Positions 41,308 through 52,522 of a stretch of 64,000 nucleotides of DNA are shown piece after piece. The stretch covers positions 95,936-159,935 of the forward strand of contig CAWFKQ010000013.1 of the NCBI GenBank assembly GCA_963816395.1. Reading direction: 5' to 3'. Position 1 is the stretch's first letter; each line of letters begins with the position of its first letter. The position numbers and the translations under genes are program-made. The DNA is from an uncultured delta proteobacterium. GTDB taxonomy: Bacteria; Desulfobacterota; Desulfuromonadia; Desulfuromonadales; JACZKF01. Under the pieces are notes generated by a model. The model made no database searches. It saw only the letters and a program-made list of their open reading frames with translations, and was not told the origin of the DNA.

Positions 41308-42904
41308 TTGTCGACGGTTGCCATTCTCGTGTTAAGAAAAAACATCCTTTCGGGATCGGTGTTTGGCCGGTCCCTTTTCACGTCGGCCCTGTTCGGGATC
41401 TTTCTGCTGGCGGCCGGGCCGGCGCCTGCCGCCGAAACCTTCGGTCTCGACCAGGTGGCGACGATCGCCCGTGATCTCGCCGGCCGCCCTTACCGCGAAC
41501 CGGAGAAAAAGGTCCCCGATTGGCTCATGCAGATCAAGTATGACCAATGGCGGGATATCCGCTTTCGTCCCGACCACTCCATCTGGCGGGGGGAGAAACT
41601 CCCTTTCGAAGTGCAGCTGTTTCACCCCGGGCTGTTCTATGGGCGGGCGGTGAAAATCAATATCATCGGTCCCCGGGGGATCGAGCCGGTGGCCTTCTCG
41701 CCGGAACTGTTCGATTACGGTCGGAATGACTTCGCAGCCCGCATTCCCCCGGACCTCGGTTTCGCCGGTTTCCGTATCCATGCCCCGTTCAAAACCCGGA
41801 ACTACTACGATGAAATCGCCGCCTTTCTCGGCGCCAGTTACTTCCGGGCGGTGGGCAAACGGCAGAGCTACGGCTTGTCGGCCCGGGGGCTGGCGGTAGA
41901 CACGGCAGCCCCCAAAGGGGAGGAGTTTCCCTCGTTTGCCGAATTCTGGCTGCAGAAGCCCCGTCCCGGGGATAGATCGCTGACCGTCTATGCCCTGCTC
42001 GACAGCCCGAGCCTGACGGGGGCTTTCCGCTTTATCCTCCGCCCCGGCGAAAGTACCGAGATCGCCGTGCAGAGTATCCTCTTCCGCCGGCGCGAGGTCG
42101 ACAAGCTGGGGCTGGCGCCGCTGACCAGCATGTTTTTCTACGGCGAGTCGAGCAGTCGCCGGCCGCCGGGTGATTTTCGCCCCGAGGTCCACGACTCCGA
42201 CGGTCTGCTGATTGCCTTTGCCGATGGTGAATGGCTGTGGCGCCCTCTCTGCAACCCCCGACTGCTGTCCGTCAACTCTTTTCAGGCGGCGGGGGTGCGG
42301 GGGTTTGGTCTGCTGCAGCGCGATGTCAATTTCGATCATTACCAGGACCTGGAGACCCACGCCGAAACCCGCCCGAGCGTCTGGATCACCCCTCAGGGGG
42401 ATTGGGGGCCGGGGCACGTAGAACTCATCGAGATACCGGATGAGACGGAGAAACACGACAATATCGTGGCGTACTGGGTTGCCGAAGCGTTGCCGCCGAT
42501 CCAGGAGCCGCTGCGCTTTGCCTATACCATGAGCTGGCATCTCCCCGACGGCAGCCGGATACCCGGCGGGCGGGTGGTCGCCACCCGGATCGCCAGGGGG
42601 GCCAGCGAGGGAGAGCAATTGGTCCTGGTCGATTTCGAGGGGAGAGAACTTACAGGGATTGCCAGCCGGGACGCAAATGGAGGGGGTGGTGAACGTCGGC
42701 CAAGGGGCGGTGCTGGTGGAGCAGCACGTGGAGAAAATCCCTGCCACCGGCGGCTGGCGCCTGGCCTTTACCCTCCAGCCGGAGAAGAGCGGACCCCTGG
42801 ACAAGGTGATGCCCGAGAAAAAGAAACCCGTGGAGCTCCGTGCCTTCCTGCGCGACAGGGCCGGAGTCCTCACCGAAACCTGGAGCTATGCCCTCAAACC
42901 ATGA
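41308..42904 (+). CDS. opgG: Osmoregulated periplasmic glucan biosynthesis protein G (frameshift near 42660)
   Basis: YDQWRDIRF, GFAGFR, FLGASYFRA, YGLSARGLA, RPEVHDSDGL, DNIVAYW; C-terminus ELRAFL...ETWSY in the 42659..42904 frame. Start codon uncertain. Confidence 0.9.
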
Positions 42905-43218
42905 ACACCCATCGCCGCCCCGCCGATTCCGCGCCCCCGCCGCTCCCCCCCCTGCGCCTCGCCCTCCCTGACCAGAACGAAGAGCGCCGGCGTGCCTGTC
43001 TCTACCGCGACCTGCTGCACCGAGCGGAACTCGACCTGCCGAGCCAGGGCTCCCACTCTGCACAGGAAAAACTGGCGCTGACCCCACCGCTGCAGCGAGG
43101 CCGGATGGTGGCGGAGAGAATCGACGGGCAGCTGCATCGGCTGCTGGGCAGGATCCTCCGGTTGCCGCTCCAATGGCTGCGGCCCTCCCGGAGCGGGCTG
43201 ACCGATGGGCATGAATAA
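42901..43218 (+). CDS. Small ORF resembling the N-terminal cytoplasmic segment of OpgH
   Basis: ATGA overlap with the opgG stop; TPPLQRGRMVAE motif; its stop overlaps the opgH start. Confidence 0.5.
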   Translation: MNTHRRPADSAPPPLPPLRLALPDQNEERRRACLYRDLLHRAELDLPSQGSHSAQEKLALTPPLQRGRMVAERIDGQLHRLLGRILRLPLQWLRPSRSGLTDGHE

Positions 43219-45284
43219 GCCATCCGGCAGACCATGGGCCGGAGCGGCGATCCGGCGCCGGGCGCTGCTGGCCCTCCTCATCCTGGGGCCGACGGCGATC
43301 GCCACCCATACTTTGGCCGGACTTCTGCCGAACCGGGGCGGATCTGCCCTGGAAATGGCCCTGGCTGTCCTCTTCGCCCTGCTCTTTGCCTGGATCTGCC
43401 TGGGCTGCTGGACGGCCCTGCTCGGCTTTTGCGTCTTGCTGCGCCGCTGCGACCGCTTCGCCGTCATCGGCCCGGGCGCAGCGCCCCAGCCGCTTGCATC
43501 GGCCCCTACCGCCGTGCTGATGCCGGTCTGCAACGAGGAGGTGAACCGGTTTATTGCCGGCCTGCGTGCCACCTACGAGTCGCTGCAGAAAACCGGCCGG
43601 CTGTCCGAATTCCATTTTTTCATCCTCAGCGACACCGGGGATCCCGACGCCTGGGTGCGCGAAGAGCTCGCCTGGGCCGGCTTGTGCCGCCTGGTAGGTG
43701 GGCAGGGGCGTATTTTTTACCGCCGCCGGCGGATCAATCTCAAGCGCAAAAGCGGTAATATCGCCGACTTCTGCCGGCGTTGGGGACACCGTTACCAGTA
43801 TATGATCGTTCTCGATTCGGACAGCGTCATGGCTGGGGCCACGCTGGTGCGACTGGTGGAGGCGATGGAGCGGCGCCCCGAAATCGGCATCCTGCAGACC
43901 CTGCCGGTCGCGGTCGGCCGGGAGACCCTTCTGGCCCGCGTGCAACAGTTTGCCGGGCGCCTGTACGGCCCGCTTTTCGCCGCCGGCCTGCACTACTGGC
44001 AACTCGGCGACAGCCAGTTCTGGGGGCATAACGCCATCATCCGCCTCGCCCCCTTCATGCGGCACTGCGGCCTGCCCCGCCTGCCGGGAAGGCCGCCCCT
44101 CGGCGGTGACATTCTCAGCCACGATTTCGTCGAATCGGCCTTGATGCGCCGCGCCGGCTGGGAGGTCTGGCTCGCCGGCAATCTGGGAGGGAGTTATGAA
44201 GAGACGCCGCCGACGCTGCTGGCCGAGCTCAAGCGGGACCGGCGCTGGTGCCAGGGCAACCTCCAGCACCTGCGGCTGTTCCTGACGAAAGGGCTTGCAT
44301 CCGCCCACCGCTTCCTCTTCCTCAACGGCGTGATGTCCTACGCCTCGGCCTGCCTCTGGTTTCTTTTCCTGATTCTCAGCACCGCCGTGGCGATTCGCGA
44401 GGCGATCGTTCCGCCGAACTATTTTCCCGAGGGGCTCAGCCTCTTTCCCGTCTGGCCCCTTTATCCCCGCTGGGCCGCTGCTCTCCTCGGTTCGACCGCC
44501 CTCGTCCTGTTTCTGCCCAAGCTCTGCAGCTTTCTCTTCGTCCTCCTGCGTGGCGAAGCGCACCGTTTCGGCGGGGTGCTGCGCCTGGGCCTCAGCATGG
44601 TCGGGGAAATCCTCTTTTCGACCCTGCTGGCCCCGGTCCGCATGCTGTTCCACAGCAGATTTGTTCTCCTCACGCTTCTGGGCCGGCCGGTCGGCTGGGG
44701 CAGCCAGCAGCGCGACGACAGCGGCACTTCCTGGGGGGAGGCGCTGCGTTTTCATGGCGGCGGGGCGGTGCTGGCGCTGGCTTGGGGAGGGCTGGCCTGG
44801 ATCATCAACCCCGCTTTCTGCGGCTGGCTGAGCCCGGTGCTCGGCGCCCTGGTCGGTTCCCTCTTCCTGTCGGTCTGGTCGAGCCGGGCCGCACTGGGTC
44901 GCGCTTGCCGGCGCCTGGGGCTGTTCCTCATCCCCGAAGAGATGGAGCCGCCGCCGGAACTGCGGCGGCGTGCAGGAACTCCTGGCGGCGCGCGACGGCT
45001 CGCCTTGCCCGGCGGGGCTGGACGGCTTCGCCCAGGCGGTGATCGATCCCGCCGCCCACCGGCTGCACCTGTCCCTGGCCCGTCCCCGCCGGCAACTCGC
45101 CCCCCATATCGCCGCTCGCCGCTGCCAGCTGCAGGCGAAAGCGCTGCAGGACGGCCCCGGCCAGCTCAGCCGGCGCGAGAAACTGTCTCTTCTCTACGAT
45201 TCGGAATGTCTGGCGGAACTGCACCGGAAGATCTGGGCGCTGCCGCCGGAGGGGTTCAGAAAGGTCAGCGGCCTGGAGGGTTGA
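43211..45284 (+). CDS. opgH: Glucan biosynthesis glucosyltransferase H (frameshift near 44965)
   Basis: MPVCNE, FILSD, RKSGNIADFCRRWG, LDSDS, WGHNAIIR, SHDFVE, RDRRWCQGNLQH. Confidence 0.92.
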
Positions 45285-45301
45285 CCAGGGGGAAAAAAGA
45301 A

Positions 45302-45405
45302 TTCACCACTGAGAGCACTGAGGGCACTGAGAAAAGCATAAGAAAAAATGTCTTTTTGGGGTTCTCTCAGTGTCCTCTAGTGAGCGCAGCGAACGGGTGG
45401 TGAAA
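45302..45405. repeat. CACTGAG-type inverted-repeat element between convergent genes
   Basis: TTCACCACTGAGAGCACTGAGGGCACTGAGA paired with TCTCAGTGTCCTCTAGTGAGCGCAGCGAACGGGTGGTGAA. Confidence 0.7.
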
Positions 45406-45434
45406 TGATTTTCTGAACTTTTTCAGCCCCTGCC

Positions 45435-46593
45435 TTAACGATTCGACAGCCGCCGGCAGTACTCCTCGCGGCAGCGGTTCTCCACCTCCACCAGGGAACG
45501 GAAGGCCTCCTCGAAGCCGTGGCGGCCGGTGGTAAAGACGCCGTGGCCGTAGACCAGGGCGCGTCCTGTCTCGCCGATCACCGGCGCCACCTTATCGGCC
45601 AGGCCGCCGGCGCCGATCTCGCCGGCGACGATCGGCGTATCGGCGATGCGGCGCACCTGCGGACACTGGCGCCAGCAGTCCTCGATGGCGCATTCCTCCC
45701 GCTGCTCGCAGAGCATGCTCATGACCACGGCCAGCTTGGGATGCCCGTGCAGCACGGCGCGGGCGCCGGTCTGCCGGTAGATGCGGCGGTGGGCGATGAG
45801 CTCGCTGGAGGCGGTCACCCCGGCGGTGGAGGAGTCGTCGTCGGGGACCGGATCGATGCACCCCTCCAGTTCGTCGAGGTGGGCGCCGGTCTGGGAGATG
45901 AACACGGTATCGCTCGTCGCGCCAGGAGATGTTGCCGAAGGAGGAATCGACCAGGCGCTGCTGCACCGTGTAGCGGCCGGTGCGGGCGATCTCAGCCAGG
46001 ATCGCCTCCCGGTCCGCCAGGGGCCCGGGGTGAAAGGGCAGCCCCTCGGCGGCGATCGGCCGCAGCCAGACCTGGCGCAGCGCCGCGAAGGCCGCCTCCT
46101 CGCCGGGGAGACGAAAGCCGTCCTGCAGCAGGTCGGTCAGATAGCCGACGAAGGCGGCGTGGAAGACCGAGCAGTAGTTGATGAAGGCCTGCTCCGGGGT
46201 GAAGCCGCCGCCGGCGATGATCCCCACCCCTTCGACGATGAGCCCCTTGCGCCGGTGCAGCAGGCGGGCGAGCCGCTGCGGGTCGCGCCCCTCCTCCCGG
46301 CGCACGAAGGGGATGTCGTGCAGGAAGGTCCGGGTCTCGGTGTCGCGCGGCACCAGGCAGCTCTCCCGCGGATCGGCGCGGCGCACCAGGAAGTCGGTGA
46401 GGGGGAGCGACGGTTGCGCGACCGCCAGGGCGACCACGTTGAGATGCTCGAGGAGCGCCTCGCCGAGGGCGGCGAGATCGGCCGGTCCCTGGGCGAGGAG
46501 GACATCGTCGCGGGCGAGAAAGGCGATGCGCCGCGGGTCGGCGCTGCCGTCCCCCGCCAGCTTCGCCGCGTATCTGGCGATCTGCGTCCTCAC
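45435..46593 (-). CDS. Class II aldolase/adducin-family protein, two-domain (frameshift near 45915)
   Basis: GTG 46593; DSSFGNIS, ASSELIAHRRIY, AVLHGHP, GHG motifs; N-terminal PRDTETRTFLHDIP domain. Confidence 0.75.
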
Positions 46594-48330
46594 GGCTGTC
46601 CCTCCAGGAAGGCGGGATCGGGAAAGTCGCCCGTCGTCGGTGAGGCCGCGGATGCGGTAGTACTTGCGCAGCTCCTCGGTGAAGCGGGCGCGATCGATGG
46701 GGGGGATGTCGATACCTTCGCCGCTGCTGCCGGACTCGGTGAAGAAACGCTCCGGCAGGGTGTCGTCGGCCATGGAAAAGCCGTTCTCCAGGTTGTAGAA
46801 GCGCTCGGTGAGGTAGATCCGCTGGCCGAGGTCCTTGAGGTCCTGGGGGGAATACTCGCTGCCGGTAACCGCCGAGAGGATCGCGCCGTACTCCTCCAGG
46901 CTGGCGCCGAAGAAGGAGAATTTGCAGGCGACCAGGGAGTCGATGGCGGCGTTGGTGTCCTCGGCGATCTTGATGATGCGCGCCTTGCCGGCGAAGGAGA
47001 AGCGGTCGGTGGGGACCGGCTTGCGCAGGATCTCGTGGGCGACGGGATAGGCGCGCAGGTGACAGCCGCCGCGGTTGCTGGTGCAGTAGGCGAGGGCCAT
47101 GCCGTAGGCGCCGCGCGGATCGTAGGCCGGCAGCTCCAGCGACTTGACGCTCATCGAAAGATCCGGCCGGCCGGCCGCTGCCGCCAGGCGCCGGGAGCCC
47201 TCGGCGAGCCGCTCGCCGATCCCCCGGCGGGCAGCGATCTCCTGGAGCAGACCGCCGATCTCGGCGGCCTGGGGAAAACGTCCCTGCAGCTCCCCCCAGG
47301 CGGCCAGGGTGGCGGCGGCGGAGATGGTATCCAGCCCCAGTTCGTTGCACAGGGTGTTGGCGCGGACGATGCTGGGCAGATCGGCGATGCCGTTGAGGGC
47401 GCCGAAATGGGAAACCGTCTCGTACTCGGGGAGATGCTCCCCCGTCGGCAGGCTCTTCTTGCACTGGATGGGGCAGCCGAAGCAGCCGTCCTTCTTCACC
47501 TCGTAGGTCCGGCGGATGGCCGGTCCGGAATAGTTGCCCGCCGCCTCGAAGACCGTCCGGCGGAAATTCTCCGTCGGCGCCATGCGCCGCTGCCGCATCA
47601 GGTCGACCAGGGTGGGGGTGCCGTACTCGGCCAGCCCGAGCTGGCCGAAGACGATCGGCGAGGCCTTGAACAGGCGCATCACATCCTGGCGCGCCGCCCG
47701 CAGGCGCTCGGGATCGGCAATGCGGGTGGAGCAGTCGCCGTCGACGGCGATCGCCTTGAGGTTCTTGCTCCCCATGACGGCGCCGAGGCCGCCGCGGCCG
47801 ACCGAATTCCCCTCGCCCATCATGATGTTGGCGAACAGGACCCGGTTTTCCCCGGCCGGGCCGATGGCCGCCACGCTCCCCCGCCCGCTCAGGGCCGCCA
47901 CCGTCTCGCCGACGGTCTTCCCCCACAGCGCCGGGGCGTCCAGGACCTCCGCCCCCTGCGGGGTGATGGCGAGTACCGCCGGCTGCGGACTGCGGCCGGT
48001 GAGCAGCAGGGCGTCGATGCCGGCACTCTTCAGGCGGTGGGCGAAGCGGCCGCCGGCCGAGCAATCGTAGATCGTCCCGGTGAGCGGCGAGCGCGAGACC
48101 GCCGCCAGCCGCGCCGAGGTCGGCGCCGGAGTGCCGCAAAGCGGTCCGCAGGCGAATACCAGCGGCATCTCCGGGGCAAAGGGATCGAGACGGAAGAAGT
48201 CGCGCAGCAGCCGCACCCCCAGCCCCCGTCCGCCGAGATAGGCATGCAGCCAGTCCGCCGGGATGGTCTCGAAACGGGAACTGCCGGTGCCGAGATCGAC
48301 TTGCAGCAGCCTGCCGTGCCAGCCGTGCAT
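46590..48330 (-). CDS. aor: Tungsten-type aldehyde:ferredoxin oxidoreductase (frameshift near 46630)
   Basis: YLGGRGLG, SPLTG, IGPAGE, GRGGLGAVMGSKNLKAI, GCFGCPIQC, PEYET, GLDTIS, RGGCHLR; restored stop overlaps the next GTG (GTGA). Confidence 0.9.
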
Positions 48331-48670
48331 CGCTTTTTCTCTCCTATCGCTGTCCGGCGGCGCAGGCCAGGAGCGTCTCCCCGCCCTGAACGGCTCCGGT
48401 TTCCCGTTTGCGCAGGTATTCTTTTCCCCAGGTGCACATCCAGCAGCGGCACCAGCGTTTTGCCCTCCTCGGTGAGGGCTGACAAAAAAGTGGTACTTGT
48501 TCCAGCGGTCAGCGGCAGTTATAGTACACAAGATCCGCGGGAGCAAGCCCCGCCGGCAAGCCCTTGATTTCGCAGGGGCGTTCTTTACGCTGAGATCCCT
48601 CCCCCTGCAGGGGAGGCAGAGGATTCCGTGTGAAACCGTCCTATTGCATGCCAACCGAAAAGGAGGCCAA

Positions 48671-49668
48671 ATGTCCGCTACCTTCAATGCCCTGCTGGTC
48701 GAGGAGACCGCCCCCAAGCAGTTCAGCCGCCGTATCGTCAGCCGTTCCGTGGACGAGCTGCCCCCCGGCGAGCTGCTGATCCGGGTCCACTATTCCTCCC
48801 TCAACTACAAGGATGCCCTCTCGGCGACGGGGCACAAGGGGGTGACCCGCAATTTCCCCCATACGCCGGGGATCGATGCCGCCGGCGAGGTGGTCGAGTG
48901 TGCCGGCGGCGCTTTCGCACCCGGCGAGAAGGTGGTGGTCACCGGCTGGGACCTGGGGATGAACACCGCCGGCGGCTTCGGCCAGTTTATCCGGGTGCCG
49001 GCGGCCTGGGCGGTGCGCCTGCCGGAAGGGCTGACCCTGAAGGAGAGCATGGCCCTGGGCACCGCCGGCTTCACCGCCGCCCTGTCGGTGCTGAAGATGC
49101 AGCGCGGCGGGGTGCGGCCGGCGGACGGAGAGGTGCTGGTCACCGGCGCCACCGGCGGCGTCGGCAGTCTGGCGGTGGCGGTGCTGGCGCGGGCCGGCTA
49201 CCGGGTGACCGCCGCCACCGGCAAAGCCGGATGCGGCCGGATTTCCTGCGCGAACTGGGAGCGGCGGCGGTGATCGGCCGGGAAGAGGTGATGGCCGGCG
49301 CCGACCGCCCGCTGGCCAAGGAGCGCTGGGCGGGGGCGGTGGACGTGGTCGGCGGCGACATGCTGGCGGCCGTGCTCAAGGCGACCCGCTACGGCGGGAC
49401 GGTCACCTGCTGCGGCCTGGTCGGCTCGGCCGACCTCAACGTCAACGTCTTCCCCTTCATCCTGCGCGGCGTCAGCCTGCTGGGGATCGATTCGGTGCAG
49501 TGCCCGATGGAGCTGCGGCGGGAGGTCTGGGGGCTTCTTGCCGGCCCCTGGAAGCCGGCGCGGCTCGCGGAGGCGGTCGAGGAGTGCGCCCTGGCGGGGC
49601 TGGAGGAACGCATCCAGGCGATGCTCAAAGGGGAACTGCGCGGCCGCACGGTCGTCAACCTGCTGTAG
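48671..49668 (+). CDS. yhdH: YhdH/AcuI-family oxidoreductase, acryloyl-CoA reductase-like (frameshift near 49228)
   Basis: YSSLNYKDAL, PGIDAAG, GTAGFTAAL, GATGGVGS, PFILRGVSLLGIDSV, GRTVV. Confidence 0.88.
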
Positions 49669-49690
49669 GGCGCTCTCGAACCAGAATCTT

Positions 49691-49714
49691 TTTCACCACC
49701 CGCTCGCTGCGCTC
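49691..49714. repeat. Solo arm of the 45302-45405 element
   Basis: TTTCACCACCCGCTCGCTGCGCTC is the near reverse complement of GAGCGCAGCGAACGGGTGGTGAAA at ~45382-45405. Confidence 0.55.
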
Positions 49715-49855
49715 CATGAACAAGTCACTCATGGCCCTGAGTCAAACAGATACCTAAGATGCGACTCATTTACCTTAGACCTTATGTCAACCTGAGTTTC
49801 ATATCCGAAGACGTTAGCCGTGTTATTATTAGTCCTCAACAGACAGGAGAATCGC

Positions 49856-50639
49856 ATGGAATTCAAAAATCTGCTGGTGGAGGTCGCCGATCAGGTGGCG
49901 ACGGTGACGATCAATCGGGCCAAGGTGCTCAACGCCCTCAACGCCGAGACCCTGGGCGAGCTCGAGCAGGCCTTCGCCGCCCTCGAGGCGGATCCCGCCG
50001 CAAAGGTCATCATCATTACCGGCGCCGGCGAGAAGGCCTTCGTCGCCGGCGCGGACATCGCCGCCATGCAGCCGATCGGACCGGTGGAGGCGCGCGAATT
50101 CGCCCTGCTGGCGCACCGGATCATGGACCGGCTCGAACAGGGAAGCAAAACGGTCATCGCCGCCGTGAACGGTTTCGCCCTCGGCGGCGGCTGCGAGCTG
50201 GCCATGGCCTGCGACATACGGCTGGCCAGCGACAATGCCCGCTTCGGTCAGCCGGAAATCAGTCTGGGCATCATTCCCGGCTGGTCCGGCACCCAGCGTC
50301 TGCCGCGTCTGGTCGGCCGGGGGCGGGCGCTGGAGCTGATGCTGACCGGGGAAATGATCGATGCAGCCGAGGCCTGCCGCATCGGCCTGGTCAACCGGGT
50401 GGTGCCGGCGGCCGAAGCTACTGCCGGAAGCGCGGAAACTGGCGGGCAAGATCGCCGGCAAGGGGCAGGTGGCGGTGCGGCTCTGCCGGGACGCGGTGCG
50501 CCACGGACTGGAAGTCGACCGGGCGCGCGGCTCCGCCATGGAGGCCGACCTGTTCGCCCTCTGTTTCGCCACCGGCGACCAGAAGGAGGGGATGCAGGCC
50601 TTCCTGGAGAAGCGCAAGCCCGCCTTCAAGGACGCCTGA
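49856..50639 (+). CDS. crt: Enoyl-CoA hydratase (crotonase), frameshift near 50418
   Basis: AFVAGADI, ALGGGCELAMACD, FGQPE (both catalytic Glu), GTQRLPRLVG, EGMQAFLEKR. Confidence 0.88.
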
Positions 50640-50664
50640 GCACGGGTTATAATTTGAGGGATGA

Positions 50665-50790
50665 TTTAAACGCGGAGGCGCGGAGGCGCAGCCGAAAATC
50701 TTCGAAAACCAGGCAAATCTAGTCGTTTTATTCCTTGTATTCCCCTCTGCGTCTCCGCGTCTCTAGCGACTGCAAGGAGCGGGCGTTAAA
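50665..50790. repeat. ACGCGGAG-type inverted-repeat element
   Basis: TTTAAACGCGGAGGCGCGGAGGCGCAG paired with CTCTGCGTCTCCGCGTCTCT...GCGTTAAA. Confidence 0.7.
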
Positions 50791-50839
50791 TTGGTTTTTT
50801 TCTTGGAGCATTGCGCCCCGCAGGAGGAAAGGAGTGCCG

Positions 50840-51361
50840 ATGGAAGAGAAACGAATGGAGGCGGTGCAGGGCGACATCACCCGCATGGAGGTCGATGCCG
50901 TGGTCAATGCCGCCAACACCTCCCTGCTCGGCGGCGGCGGGGTGGACGGCGCCATCCACCGGGCGGCCGGGCCGCAGCTGCTGGCGGAATGCCGCACCCT
51001 CGGCGGCTGCCCGACCGGGGAGGCGAGGATCACCGGCGGCTACCAGCTGCCGGCCAGGTACGTCATTCACACCGTCGGTCCGGTGTGGCACGGCGGCTCC
51101 CGGGGCGAGGAGGAACTGCTCGCCGGCTGCTATCGCGCCAGCCTGCGGCTGGCGGTGGAACACGGAGTAGAGACCATCGCCTTCCCCTCGATCAGCACCG
51201 GCGCCTACCGCTTCCCCATCGAGCGGGCGAGCCGCCTGGCCGTCGGCGAGACGCGGGCCTTCCTGGCCCGCCATCCGCAGCTGAAGAAGGTGTACTTCGT
51301 CTGCTTTTCGGAGAGTGACCTGGCGCATTACCGGGCGGCCCTGGGGGAAGAAAACCGATGA
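50840..51361 (+). CDS. ymdB: Macrodomain O-acetyl-ADP-ribose deacetylase (YmdB-like)
   Basis: [38 protein letters not shown]. Confidence 0.9.
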   Translation: MEEKRMEAVQGDITRMEVDAVVNAANTSLLGGGGVDGAIHRAAGPQLLAECRTLGGCPTGEARITGGYQLPARYVIHTVGPVWHGGSRGEEELLAGCYRASLRLAVEHGVETIAFPSISTGAYRFPIERASRLAVGETRAFLARHPQLKKVYFVCFSESDLAHYRAALGEENR

Positions 51362-51722
51362 GCCGGCTGCTGATGCTGCTGTTCTGCCTGCCGCTGCTGG
51401 CCGGCTGCGACAACTCACCCTTCGGCTTCGTCAAGATCGGCGACATCACCAGCCGGCCGGCCTCTTTACGAGGGAAAAGAGGTGAAAGTTCGCGGCGAGG
51501 TCACCGACGTCGCCAAGATCCCTTTCATCGAAACCATGATCTACACGCTGCGGGACGATACGGGGGAGATCACCGTCTTCACCTTCGACACCCTGCCGCA
51601 GCTGCACCAGAGAGCTGGCCATCAAGGGGAAGGTGAAGAGCGCCGCCATCATCGGCGGCGAGGCCTTCGGCGTGCGGCTGAAGGAGATCCGCCGGCTGCC
51701 CGGTTTCCTCGCCGGCGGGTAA
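51358..51722 (+). CDS. Small OB-fold lipoprotein (two frameshifts)
   Basis: Lipobox LLAGC; joined frames read ...[12 protein letters not shown]...[12 protein letters not shown]...IKGKVKS... Confidence 0.6.
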
Positions 51723-51755
51723 CGATTGTTCCTCCCGGCGGGCCTTTGGCGGGCG

Positions 51756-52163
51756 TCAGATGCGGGCGGGAATTGTCTTCAGGAAGGCTCCGAACCTTAC
51801 GTCCAGTTCCTTGATATGGGTGATGATCCACTTGAGAAGGGTCTGGTTGGTACTGATCACCAGGTCGAGGGAGGGACCCCTGGCCTGCATGGTCTCCCGC
51901 AGCGCCGCCAGCCTGCGGACAAAATAGCGGTGCTCGTCCTGGTGGCTCGCCAGCTCCGGGTAGGCATGCCGCCCCATCAGGCCTTCCTCCTGGCGGAAAT
52001 GGGAGATGACGTATTCGTCAAGAAACTCCAGGAGCTCGGCGATTTTTTCCCGTCCTTGTCGCATCTGGCAGGCTTCCAGCAGGTCATCGAAGCGTCGGAA
52101 TAACTCCCGGTGCTGCTCATCGATGATCGGGTGGCCGACCGCCAGCCTTTCCGTCCATTCCAT
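51756..52163 (-). CDS. Bacteriohemerythrin
   Basis: W...VG...ID.QH, HF..EE..M, YP....H..EH, W...HI...D. Confidence 0.92.
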   Translation of the reverse strand: MEWTERLAVGHPIIDEQHRELFRRFDDLLEACQMRQGREKIAELLEFLDEYVISHFRQEEGLMGRHAYPELASHQDEHRYFVRRLAALRETMQARGPSLDLVISTNQTLLKWIITHIKELDVRFGAFLKTIPARI

Positions 52164-52217
52164 GCTGTTTCCTCCTCCCTTTTGTCGCGGCTTCCAAATA
52201 TAACCATAATGATCCTC

Positions 52218-52245
52218 ATTATATGGACTACGGATCGCCTGTCAA
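52218..52245 (-). promoter_or_regulatory. Consensus sigma70 promoter for hemerythrin
   Basis: TTGACA, 16 nt spacer, TATAAT on minus strand. Confidence 0.7.
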
Positions 52246-52344
52246 TAAAATTCCCGAGGTGGTTTCACCCCGTCAGCCGTGCCCTGGCGGCACTGTCGGT
52301 AGCCAATGGCTGCTGCCGTCCCCTGCATCGGCTGCGAAACCCTG

Positions 52345-52371
52345 AAAACACCCGTTAACGGGTGTTTTTTT
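52345..52371 (+). terminator. Terminator-like hairpin in a divergent intergenic region
   Basis: AAAACACCCG-TTAA-CGGGTGTTTTTTT. Confidence 0.65.
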
Positions 52372-52522
52372 AATTCGGAAACCGGCCCAGGCGCATCTGC
52401 CGGGTTGCTATCTGCGGCGGTTCCCGCTAACCTTTCTGGAAAACCTTTCCTCTGACGCCGCGAACCCTATCTTATCGGGTCGACGGCAGCCGGTAGTTTT
52501 TACCCCGCGAAGGAGACGTTTC

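Noticed and set aside
41245..41310. c-di-AMP (ydaO) riboswitch ahead of opgG
   Set aside because: Only CTGAATCC...AGG resembles it; the leader is too short and lacks the remaining conserved elements.
41308..43218. 636-aa OpgG with a novel C-terminal extension
   Set aside because: The conserved OpgG C-terminus (ELRAFL...ETWSY) lies in another frame ending at 42904; the extension is a frameshift artefact.
48331..48540. Moco/Wco riboswitch upstream of aor
   Set aside because: No recognisable conserved Moco-RNA core by eye; an Rfam scan would settle it.
45592..48717. 1041-aa AOR-aldolase fusion in the ORF track
   Set aside because: One indel near 46630 joins two genes; the other frame gives the AOR stop overlapping the aldolase GTG, and the true AOR start is 48330.
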